From: a virus
Taxonomy: Duplodnaviria > Caudoviricetes
Direction: 5' to 3' (one strand)
DNA: 42,153 bases
IMG/VR virus record: IMGVR_UViG_3300033067_001395
Location: 1 to 42,153 of that record
Below the pieces are notes generated by a model. That model saw nothing but the letters and a program-made list of their open reading frames with translations, was not told the DNA's origin and searched no databases. The position numbers were made by a program, and so were the translations under genes. How positions within the stretch are numbered: position 1 is the stretch's first letter; every line of letters starts with the position of its first letter. This document shows, one piece after another, positions 1 to 7,317 of this stretch.

Positions 1-249
1 ATTAGGATTAAATTCCCAGATCATGCCGGGGAATCCAAACGCTTTATGGAGGCGCACAAGCACATCCTTTTTTTGGAATCTAAAAGGAAACAAAGGAGGA
101 TTGCGGCGGCGCAGGCGGCAGAATCAAAGAGGAATTCACCGCTTGAGGTGATATCTAGAATGAACAATAAAAGACTTTTAGAGGATTTGAAAATGAGACA
201 GGATAAATTCAAAAGCATTCTCAGGAGTAAACGAAGGGGAGTCAGATGA
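1..249 (+). CDS. C-terminal part of the DUF559-like endonuclease (ORF track 46..249 is its tail)
   Basis: Frame 1 is open from base 1: IRIKFPDHAGESKRFMEAHK...; this completes the GFK-(V)-IRI motif begun at the right end. Confidence 0.7.
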   Translation: MRIKFPDHAGESKRFMEAHKHILFLESKRKQRRIAAAQAAESKRNSPLEVISRMNNKRLLEDLKMRQDKFKSILRSKRRGVR

Positions 250-722
250 AGCCAATCTTAGACGCTTGTTGCGGATCCCGAATGTTTTGGTTCGATAAAA
301 AAAATCCGAATGTTGTTTTCGCTGACATCCGTCGAGAAGACTTAGATTTAAATCATGGAAATCGAACGTGTCATATTAGACCCGATAAACTCCAAGACTT
401 TAGGAAAATGGATTTTGCTGACAATACCTTTTATCTCGTTGTTTTTGATCCGCCTCATTTGCGGGGAGCGGGAAAGAACGGTTACATGGCGAAGAAATAT
501 GGCACCCTTGGTAAAACGTGGCGCGAGGATTTAAAAGCCGGATTCGACGAGTGCATGAGGGTACTTAAGCCAAACGGAACTTTGATTTTTAAATGGAACG
601 AACATTCTATAAAAGTTTCGGAGTTGATTAAAGTCATCGGAGAACAACCCCTATTCGGACACAGGACGCTGCAGACAAGCAAAACCATTTGGATGGCGTT
701 TATGAAGATGGAAGGAAATTAA
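246..722 (+). CDS. SAM-dependent methyltransferase, probable phage DNA amino-methyltransferase
   Basis: SAM-binding motif ILDACCGSRMFWFDK and catalytic-type motif VVFDPPH. Confidence 0.88.
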   Translation: MKPILDACCGSRMFWFDKKNPNVVFADIRREDLDLNHGNRTCHIRPDKLQDFRKMDFADNTFYLVVFDPPHLRGAGKNGYMAKKYGTLGKTWREDLKAGFDECMRVLKPNGTLIFKWNEHSIKVSELIKVIGEQPLFGHRTLQTSKTIWMAFMKMEGN

Positions 723-724
723 CA

Positions 725-856
725 ATGGTACAAATCACAAACAAAAGAAACAAAGAGCCGCTGAATGAAGCCGAGCTAACGGACGCGGTCACGGAACTCG
801 CCACATATGGATTCGAGGAACTCCACGAGGACATGGCCCGATCTCGTTCCCGCTAA
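725..856 (+). CDS. Small hypothetical protein (43 aa)
   Basis: ATG 725 to TAA 856 (MVQITNKRNKEPLNEAELTD...) fills the gap between neighbouring genes. Confidence 0.5.
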   Translation: MVQITNKRNKEPLNEAELTDAVTELATYGFEELHEDMARSRSR

Positions 857-869
857 AAGGAAATTTTAA

Positions 870-1058
870 ATGGAAACCTATCAAATCAGCGAAGAAGACG
901 TGACGGAAGCCATTCGGCTAATAACCGAATGCATGTCCGAGAATAACGTCACAATGGAAGTGGGCGCGGCGGCGATGCAAGCGATCCTAAAAATCATGGA
1001 AGAGCATGCGGGGGTATCCGTTCAAATTTTGGATGCACCGGCGGATGTTCAGCACTAA
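870..1058 (+). CDS. Hypothetical protein
   Basis: AAAGGA RBS, operon packing. Confidence 0.7.
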   Translation: METYQISEEDVTEAIRLITECMSENNVTMEVGAAAMQAILKIMEEHAGVSVQILDAPADVQH

Positions 1059-1068
1059 GGAGATAGGT

Positions 1069-1539
1069 ATGAAATTAGAAGTTGGCAAGAGATACGAATC
1101 ACGCGGCGGTGCCGTATTTGAAATCGAATCCGAAACGGATGGATGCTTTGTTTCCACCGAGGGATTCAAGTTCACATCCCAAGGCAAGTACGCGCAGGTG
1201 ACGGATCCCACTACTGCGCACCGCTATGATTTGATGCGCGATGTAGGCTCTCCTGCTGAGGGGGTGTATGTAAAAACACTCGAACTTACGGAACAGAATG
1301 TAATGAAATCGATCTCGTGGAATGAGGGCAAAATCGAATCATTAGGCGGGAAATCCTATGATGAAATTTTTGCTTCCTTCGACAAGCGCATCGCCACGCT
1401 AGAGGCAACACTCAAGAATATAATCGGGGAAGTCGAATCTCTAATGAAAAACATAATCGTGTTTCAGGGAACGGTAGCTACTGCGATGGCAAACACCGCA
1501 AAATATGTTTTAGAAACGAGGAGCAACAATGGAAAATAA
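1069..1539 (+). CDS. Hypothetical phage protein with C-terminal coiled coil
   Basis: AAGGAG RBS before ATG 1069 (MKLEVGKRYESRGG); start moved from 1006. Confidence 0.75.
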   Translation: MKLEVGKRYESRGGAVFEIESETDGCFVSTEGFKFTSQGKYAQVTDPTTAHRYDLMRDVGSPAEGVYVKTLELTEQNVMKSISWNEGKIESLGGKSYDEIFASFDKRIATLEATLKNIIGEVESLMKNIIVFQGTVATAMANTAKYVLETRSNNGK

Positions 1540-1762
1540 CGAAGTAGCGAAACAAGAAGTGAAGCCAACACTTCAGGAACTAACGGATGCTTTTTACGAT
1601 GCCGTAAAACGCCACTACGATGGGAGCATTATCGTTTCCTGTGTGATGACAGTCGATGGTTCGATTGTTACCGCTCCGCCAACACTCGACGCTATGGGCG
1701 CAATTGAGGTCCTAAGGAACTACGCCTATCAAAAATTCATGGCGATTCAGGGTAAAGAATGA
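1529..1762 (+). CDS. Hypothetical protein
   Basis: GAGGAG RBS, overlaps both neighbours. Confidence 0.7.
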   Translation: MENNEVAKQEVKPTLQELTDAFYDAVKRHYDGSIIVSCVMTVDGSIVTAPPTLDAMGAIEVLRNYAYQKFMAIQGKE

Positions 1763-2427
1763 CCATCCGCGCCTCCGACATCAAAGCCACTCCGCTAGAC
1801 GAGATTGCGCCAAATCCACGCAATAGAAATGGACACAGTGATGAGCAAATCACGCGGCTTGCGCAAATCATAAAGTACCAAGGCTTCCGCTCCCCGCTCA
1901 TCGTCTCAAATCAAAGCGGCATGCTCGTATCCGGCCACGGTCGCCTCATGGCCGCAAAGAAGCTTGGCCTCACGCACGTGCCCGTTATGTACCAGGACTT
2001 TGAGAACGAGGACATGGAGTACGCTGCGATGGTGTCCGAGAATAGCATCGCATCATGGGCGGAGCTGGATCTTTCGGGAATCAACATGGACCTTGCCGAT
2101 CTTGGACCGGATTTCGAGCTTGATCTTCTGGGCATCAAGAATTTTGTTTTGGAACCGGCGGAGCTTTTGCCTACGGGCGAGGATGGAGCTCTATCCGAAT
2201 CCGAAGCACGCGCAACCCTTGCGCAGCGTTTCGGCGTTCCACCGTTCTCCGTGCTGAATGCGCGCGAGGGGTATTGGCAGAATCGTAAACGCTCGTGGAT
2301 TGCACTCGGCATCCAATCCGAACTTGGTCGGGGGGGGGGGTGCATGAACGATCATCAATGGATGAAGGACAACCTCAAGACGTTTCAGGCCAGCAAGGTG
2401 TATCTAAAGGGAAGCGATTCGCAGTAA
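1759..2427 (+). CDS. ParB-like N-terminal domain protein carrying the N-terminal segment of a phage DNA methyltransferase
   Basis: PNPRN..H, GF..PLIV, GHGRL.AAK.LG (ParBc motifs), then LAQRFGVPPFSVLNAREGYWQNRKRSW typical of ParB-MTase proteins; G11 tract near the end. Confidence 0.85.
   Translation: MTIRASDIKATPLDEIAPNPRNRNGHSDEQITRLAQIIKYQGFRSPLIVSNQSGMLVSGHGRLMAAKKLGLTHVPVMYQDFENEDMEYAAMVSENSIASWAELDLSGINMDLADLGPDFELDLLGIKNFVLEPAELLPTGEDGALSESEARATLAQRFGVPPFSVLNAREGYWQNRKRSWIALGIQSELGRGGGCMNDHQWMKDNLKTFQASKVYLKGSDSQ
2330..2340 (+). repeat. G11 homopolymer tract (slippage-prone)
   Basis: Eleven consecutive G inside the ParB-MTase coding sequence. Confidence 0.95.
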
Positions 2428-2549
2428 CCGGCGGAAGCCCTGAGCCATTGGCTCGATACAAGGCTGGAATGAAAACTACCTGGATGGATAAAAAATAATG
2501 GCTAAATTCGCTCACCACAACGACCCGAAGCTAAGAAAGAAAAAATACG

Positions 2550-3461
2550 ATGAAGAAAAAGTTCTTGGGACAAGACATCATGAAGGGCGAATGGAATCCG
2601 AGAGCCGAGAGCCGAGAAATGAATAACGCCACTGGAGTAACTTGGGCAAAGGGAAAAAATATAAATGATCCGTCTACTGACGAGGTGAGCCGCAAGATTC
2701 TTGCGGCTCAGTCGGAGGCCGGAATTTCCATCTTCGATCCCGTGCTTTGCGAACTTGTTTACCGCTGGTTCTCCCCGCCAACCGGAACGGTGCTCGATCC
2801 TTTCGCGGGAGGGTCCGTGCGCGGAATCGTTGCCTCAAAGCTTGGACGCCAATATGTCGGATGCGAGCTGCGCCAAGAACAAGTTGATGCAAATCGAATT
2901 CAAGGCACTAAAATTTGCACGGACCCCATGCCCGTTTGGGCGTGCGGCGATTCCAAAGACATTCAAATGCATTGCGAAGGCGTGCAGGCGGATCTTGTTT
3001 TTTCATGTCCGCCGTATGCCGACTTGGAAGTTTATTCGGACAACCCAAAAGACATTTCGAACATGAGCTATGAGGATTTCAAACCCGCCTATTTTGAGAT
3101 CATCAAGAAGAGCGTGGAAATGCTAAAGCCGGATCGCTTCGCCGTGTTCGTCGTTGGCGAAGTGCGCTCAAAGAAAAACAGCGGCGCATATTATGGGTTC
3201 GTTCCTGACACGATTCGCGCATTCGAGGAAGCCGGGGCACGGTATTACAACGAGATTATTTTGCTAACGGCCATTGGATCGCTGCCCATTAGAACGGGCC
3301 GCATGTTCGAGGCCGCGCGCAAGGTGGGCAAGACGCACCAAAACGTGCTCGTTTTCTGCAAAGGCGATGCGAAGAAGGCAACCCAGGCTTGCGGGGATTG
3401 CGAATTTGGCGAGGCGGATTTAGGAGATGTAACCGGCGTTAGCGTTGGCGAGCAGCTCTAG
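2550..3461 (+). CDS. DNA methyltransferase catalytic part (N4-C/N6-A type)
   Basis: SIFDPVLCEL.YRWF, VLDPFAGGSVRG (SAM motif), FSCPPY (catalytic motif), GKTHQNVLVFCKG. Confidence 0.9.
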   Translation: MKKKFLGQDIMKGEWNPRAESREMNNATGVTWAKGKNINDPSTDEVSRKILAAQSEAGISIFDPVLCELVYRWFSPPTGTVLDPFAGGSVRGIVASKLGRQYVGCELRQEQVDANRIQGTKICTDPMPVWACGDSKDIQMHCEGVQADLVFSCPPYADLEVYSDNPKDISNMSYEDFKPAYFEIIKKSVEMLKPDRFAVFVVGEVRSKKNSGAYYGFVPDTIRAFEEAGARYYNEIILLTAIGSLPIRTGRMFEAARKVGKTHQNVLVFCKGDAKKATQACGDCEFGEADLGDVTGVSVGEQL

Positions 3462-3665
3462 AATTTCCTTCCAGCGTTTCGGCTTAGGGCAATCCATGAA
3501 CATGCGATTTACGCGCGCTTCGAATTCGTCCTTTGTGTCGTAGGCATTGGCGCGGCAAAACTCGATCATGAGCTGCTCGTCCGCTTTGCCGATTTTAGCG
3601 AATACGCGGCGAAGCCATGGATGCGTTTTTAGGCTTTCTAGCTTTTCTATTCGGCTATCGTTCAT
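3420..3665 (-). CDS. Hypothetical protein, probably from a leaderless transcript
   Basis: ATG 3665 (MNDSRIEKLE...) lies 6 nt downstream of a perfect TATAAT on the minus strand. Confidence 0.65.
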   Translation of the reverse strand: MNDSRIEKLESLKTHPWLRRVFAKIGKADEQLMIEFCRANAYDTKDEFEARVNRMFMDCPKPKRWKEILELLANANAGYIS

Positions 3666-3814
3666 ACATCCATTATATAAAAACGACGGGCGCGAAGCAT
3701 GAGAAATACGATTAAGATTCAATGAAGATCGCTAACCATTTGTTCTCTTTGCGATGTTCCATCTTCATACAATCTTAATTAGACCCGCTCGCAGCAGGCG
3801 CGTATTCTAAGAAC
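3666..3814. promoter_or_regulatory. Divergent promoter pair with a 19-bp inverted repeat
   Basis: Minus-strand TATAAT (3672-3677) and plus-strand TTAGAC-18-TATTCT (3779-3808); arms 3711-3729 and 3761-3779 match at 17/19 as an inverted repeat. Confidence 0.6.
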
Positions 3815-4006
3815 ATGATCAAACTAGAACTTTCGATAGAAGAAGCCACAATCATCGAATTGCTTTTGCAGAAGGAAAAAGATCGCGTCCATTTAGAATG
3901 CACGGGCAACCAACCCGCGCTCGAGCGTAACTTTCCGTACCTCGATTTGATCGAGGATTTGCGGTTTGATATTGATCAGAAAATTTCTAAAAACCCACAG
4001 GAATAA
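3815..4006 (+). CDS. Hypothetical protein, probably leaderless
   Basis: ATG 6 nt after TATTCT, no SD sequence. Confidence 0.65.
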   Translation: MIKLELSIEEATIIELLLQKEKDRVHLECTGNQPALERNFPYLDLIEDLRFDIDQKISKNPQE

Positions 4007-4016
4007 GGAGTAAATA

Positions 4017-4337
4017 ATGGGAACCCGTAGCGTGATCCAAGTCGAAGGCGTGAACTTCGTTCAGGTCTATAAACATTGGGATGGGTATCCATCGGCCATG
4101 CTTCCATGGCTGAAAGACTTTAACGAAACCTTCACAAAGAATCGCGGTGATGATCCTACGTATAAATTTGCGCAGCTCCTTCGCTCCAGTGCGTTCGATT
4201 GCTCTAAATTCGATTTAGGATCGGACAGGGAAACCGGCTGGGGAGTTGTCGAATTCGGATGTGATGCCGGACAAGATTATACCTACGTGCTGAAAAAAGA
4301 CGGCACCGTAACCGTCTCGCCTGAATCGGAGGAATAA
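4017..4337 (+). CDS. Conserved hypothetical phage protein
   Basis: TAAGGAG RBS; MGTRS...Y.HWDGYP motif recurrent in phage early proteins. Confidence 0.8.
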   Translation: MGTRSVIQVEGVNFVQVYKHWDGYPSAMLPWLKDFNETFTKNRGDDPTYKFAQLLRSSAFDCSKFDLGSDRETGWGVVEFGCDAGQDYTYVLKKDGTVTVSPESEE

Positions 4338-4339
4338 CC

Positions 4340-4546
4340 ATGGCCATAAATAGCGATATGAAAAACAAATTAGACGCTCTCTTGGCATTGGCCGGTGCTC
4401 GTGGACAACTCAGCGCGGTCCGAGAAGCCATTCAGGAATCCGATTTGCGCGAAACAAGGCGAGAATTATTGGTATGTTTTTGCGATGAATTGATGCAGAA
4501 AATAAACATCGCTGATGATGCTTTAATGAGTCTTTTAAAGGAATAA
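4340..4546 (+). CDS. Hypothetical protein
   Basis: GGAGG RBS, operon packing. Confidence 0.7.
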   Translation: MAINSDMKNKLDALLALAGARGQLSAVREAIQESDLRETRRELLVCFCDELMQKINIADDALMSLLKE

Positions 4547-4548
4547 CC

Positions 4549-4731
4549 ATGGCAATGCGTTGGTGGGAGTGCAAAGATTGTGGAGCCCATGAAACTAATC
4601 CCGGCGGCGCTATGCCGCGCTCATGCCCTAAATGCGGAGGCCTCAGGGTTGATTGGGATTGGGATGAGCCTTTCGTGGAAATAGACGCCGTTATTGAATT
4701 AGAACACGACGATAGCGAGCCCGAATCTTAA
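4549..4731 (+). CDS. Small zinc-ribbon protein
   Basis: CKDC...CPKC, AAGGA RBS. Confidence 0.7.
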   Translation: MAMRWWECKDCGAHETNPGGAMPRSCPKCGGLRVDWDWDEPFVEIDAVIELEHDDSEPES

Positions 4732-4856
4732 CCAAATCTTCATACTTCGTTCGCTAAAACTTAATCCTATTGGGCACCCGCATGCTCTATACTGAAAGAG
4801 TAAGAACAAACACAAAACGGGATTCAGACCCCCGGTAAAACGAAAGGACCAAGATC

Positions 4857-5387
4857 ATGAAGAACGTAATCAGCCTAGCAACCATCCTAGCCCTTAGCTC
4901 CCTTACCGCATGCGAAATCCCCGCGACGACCGCACCTACGGACGCGCCCACGGATTCAGCGAGCGCGCGTAAGGCGGCAGGCAAGCCCGCAACCAACGGC
5001 GACGTTATGGGAATCCCCATGGTGGAAGACATGCCCTCCGACACCGTATGCCTCTATCCCTCCTACGATTGGGATTACAGCGATAGCCATAGAAACAAGC
5101 ACGTGAGCATCCTCAAGCCCTGGCAGGAAAGCGATGAGCCGCTGAGCTTCAGCGTGCCCCTGCCCTCCACCGATGATTGCCGCGAATACCTAGGCGTAGC
5201 TAACGACATCGAAGGCATCACGCGCATCCTAGAAGATCAGGGCTACGCGAACCAATTCACGGTTCAATGCGTAAACAACCTGACGAATGAAATTTACCCC
5301 GGCTATACGGTTCGACAATCCGCGAAACTCAAAGTTACATTCCTACAAGCCGGAGTGAAATTCGGCGGACAATGCGCATATAACTAA
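4857..5387 (+). CDS. Predicted lipoprotein (possible superinfection-exclusion or envelope protein)
   Basis: Basic N-terminus, hydrophobic stretch and lipobox LTAC; GAAAGGA RBS; TATACT -10 candidate at 4788-4793. Confidence 0.75.
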   Translation: MKNVISLATILALSSLTACEIPATTAPTDAPTDSASARKAAGKPATNGDVMGIPMVEDMPSDTVCLYPSYDWDYSDSHRNKHVSILKPWQESDEPLSFSVPLPSTDDCREYLGVANDIEGITRILEDQGYANQFTVQCVNNLTNEIYPGYTVRQSAKLKVTFLQAGVKFGGQCAYN

Positions 5388-5414
5388 GCGGCCCGCGATT
5401 TGAATGGGGGAATG

Positions 5415-5627
5415 AATATGTTGCTCAAAAGCGAATGCCCTAAATGCAAGCGGCCCGTACTCTCGCACGAATGCCTGGTTGCAGGGAAAGCAACCAAACG
5501 CTTTCAAAGGCTGGATGCCAAGCAATACCGATTTCGCGGAATCCTTGTGCACCATAACTGCGAAACCTCGATCATCATCTTTAACCGGGCAGGCCAGCAG
5601 GCCGTCAAAGCCATGAGTTTGAAATAA
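5415..5627 (+). CDS. Small Cys/His-rich protein
   Basis: CPKC...HEC...HHNC; start uncertain. Confidence 0.55.
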   Translation, partial: NMLLKSECPKCKRPVLSHECLVAGKATKRFQRLDAKQYRFRGILVHHNCETSIIIFNRAGQQAVKAMSLK

Positions 5628-5669
5628 CCGAAAGTCCTGCGATACTAATCAGCGGAAGGGAGCGGCCAC

Positions 5670-5981
5670 CTGAAACAAGTACTCGGTAATATACATACAC
5701 AACATATATCCATACCTTTTTCGGAAACGGCGGTTTCTATCAAAGGGCCGCTCCTCTTCCGACTTAACGACAAATTCAGAGCCTTCAACCTGCCCCCCGG
5801 AACCTTCATCGAATTCTATCCGGGCGATGGCGTAGGAAAAAACCAAATTTACCTAGGCCCCTTTCCCAAAGATGAATACTTTCTTGTACTCGATAAGTTC
5901 CGCACACCGCCACTTGGCGCGATGACCTACCGCGTGCGCGATGATGGGACGCTGCTTTTCCTAGAGGAGAATCTGCACTAG
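5670..5981 (+). CDS. Hypothetical protein (103 aa) with a probable CTG start
   Basis: Open frame (L/M)KQVLGNIHTQHISIPFSETAVSIKGPLLFRLNDKFRAFNLPPGTFIEFYPGDG...LEENLH; SD GGGAG 7 nt upstream; fills the gap before the glycosyltransferase. Confidence 0.55.
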   Translation: MKQVLGNIHTQHISIPFSETAVSIKGPLLFRLNDKFRAFNLPPGTFIEFYPGDGVGKNQIYLGPFPKDEYFLVLDKFRTPPLGAMTYRVRDDGTLLFLEENLH

Positions 5982-5992
5982 AAATATAGTGC

Positions 5993-6838
5993 ATGATTAA
6001 CCTAGCCGCCTGCACGATCATCAAAAACGAATCCACGCACATTGCCGAATGGGTTGCGTTCCACGTCCTGCAGGGTTTCGAGAAATTCTATATCTACGAT
6101 AACCATTCCACGGACTTCCCTGAGGTTTTCCTAGCGCCCTACATCGAGGCGGGAATCGTGGAGATGCGGAAAATTCCCGAACACATGCACAACCAGTACG
6201 CGGGTTACTGGATCTACGGCGATTTATTTCCCGAAATAGAAGAGAAAGTAAAATGGCTCTGGTGCGGATCAAACGACGAGTTCATGTTCACGCCCGATTA
6301 TATGAAAAACGGCGTTGCAATTCTTCTAAACGAATACGACCGCGAGAACGTTGCGGCACTTCAAATCCCGTGGACCAATTTTAATTCAAGCGGGCAGGTG
6401 AAGCGCGAGCGCGGGCTGATCATCGAGCGTTTCCATCACACGTTCCAAGAGAAAATATGCCACGTTAAATCGATTGTTAGACCGAGCAGAGTCATCAAGA
6501 TGATCGACCCCCATTCGAGCGCACCGAAGGAAGGGTTCATTTGCATAGATGAAAATCATAATTCCGTTTACGGACCCTTCGCGCAATCTCCATCGTCGTT
6601 AAGAATTCGCATCAACCACTACGTTTCGATGAGCTTGCACGAGTACCGAACGAAAATCGCTAAGGGTAGATGCGACGTGCCGGGCCATGAAACCGTATCG
6701 CGCCCGTCGCAGTGGACCGAGTACCACCCGACGGAAATCAAAGTCGACGAAACAATAGTTCCGCTCATCCCGGCGGTTAAATCCGAGCTTGAACGTCGTT
6801 TTTTTGAATCCCCGGAACTCATTTCCTGGCTTCTTTAG
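5993..6838 (+). CDS. Glycosyltransferase, GT92/DUF23-like (GT-A fold)
   Basis: LAACTIIKNE..HIAEWV.FH...GFEKFYIYDN.STD, NDEF, KSIVRP, RINHY. Confidence 0.88.
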   Translation: MINLAACTIIKNESTHIAEWVAFHVLQGFEKFYIYDNHSTDFPEVFLAPYIEAGIVEMRKIPEHMHNQYAGYWIYGDLFPEIEEKVKWLWCGSNDEFMFTPDYMKNGVAILLNEYDRENVAALQIPWTNFNSSGQVKRERGLIIERFHHTFQEKICHVKSIVRPSRVIKMIDPHSSAPKEGFICIDENHNSVYGPFAQSPSSLRIRINHYVSMSLHEYRTKIAKGRCDVPGHETVSRPSQWTEYHPTEIKVDETIVPLIPAVKSELERRFFESPELISWLL

Positions 6839-6853
6839 GATAAACTGCCATGC

Positions 6854-7132
6854 ATGGCGGGAAACGGTAGACCAAGCGCGCTTTTCGTAGACGATTCAAA
6901 CCCGGTTGGATCCTCCACCGGCACGGATGGCCGCAACCAGCTCCACGTTAAAACATTCCCCTTTGGACCGCCGCTATCCGAATACGATGCCGTTACCTGC
7001 GTGCAGGTCGATGCGAACACCGTAGCCTACGAGTTTCGCCAAGGCGGCGTATCCGGCACAATCGTTCAAACCATAACCATGGATTACGGCACGCCCACAC
7101 CCATTTCATTCGTTTCGGTGGTCTACTCGTGA
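6854..7132 (+). CDS. Hypothetical, probably virion-associated protein
   Basis: ORF in the fibre module; Y.FRQGG.SGTIV.TIT..Y beta-rich pattern. Confidence 0.65.
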   Translation: MAGNGRPSALFVDDSNPVGSSTGTDGRNQLHVKTFPFGPPLSEYDAVTCVQVDANTVAYEFRQGGVSGTIVQTITMDYGTPTPISFVSVVYS

Positions 7133-7305
7133 CGCTGATCTTCAATCCCTTCACCCGCACATTTGATTTTGTGGGTGCAGGCACCGGATCCACGTTTGAC
7201 CCCAACACGATTTTAACCGGCCCCACGGATTGCCTCTATTTCGGGCCCGATGCCCCACCCTCTGTCCTCATCGATGAAAACGGAAACGTGCTAACAGCAC
7301 CCTAA
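7129..7305 (+). CDS. Small fibre-associated protein (58 aa)
   Basis: GTG start overlapping the upstream TGA; MTLIFNPFTRTFDFVG...; below the ORF-track cutoff. Confidence 0.65.
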   Translation: MTLIFNPFTRTFDFVGAGTGSTFDPNTILTGPTDCLYFGPDAPPSVLIDENGNVLTAP

Positions 7306-7317
7306 AGGAGACGCACT

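Noticed and set aside
1759-2427. Plasmid-prophage partition system
   Set aside because: The ParB domain is the methyltransferase-associated type and there is no ParA partner
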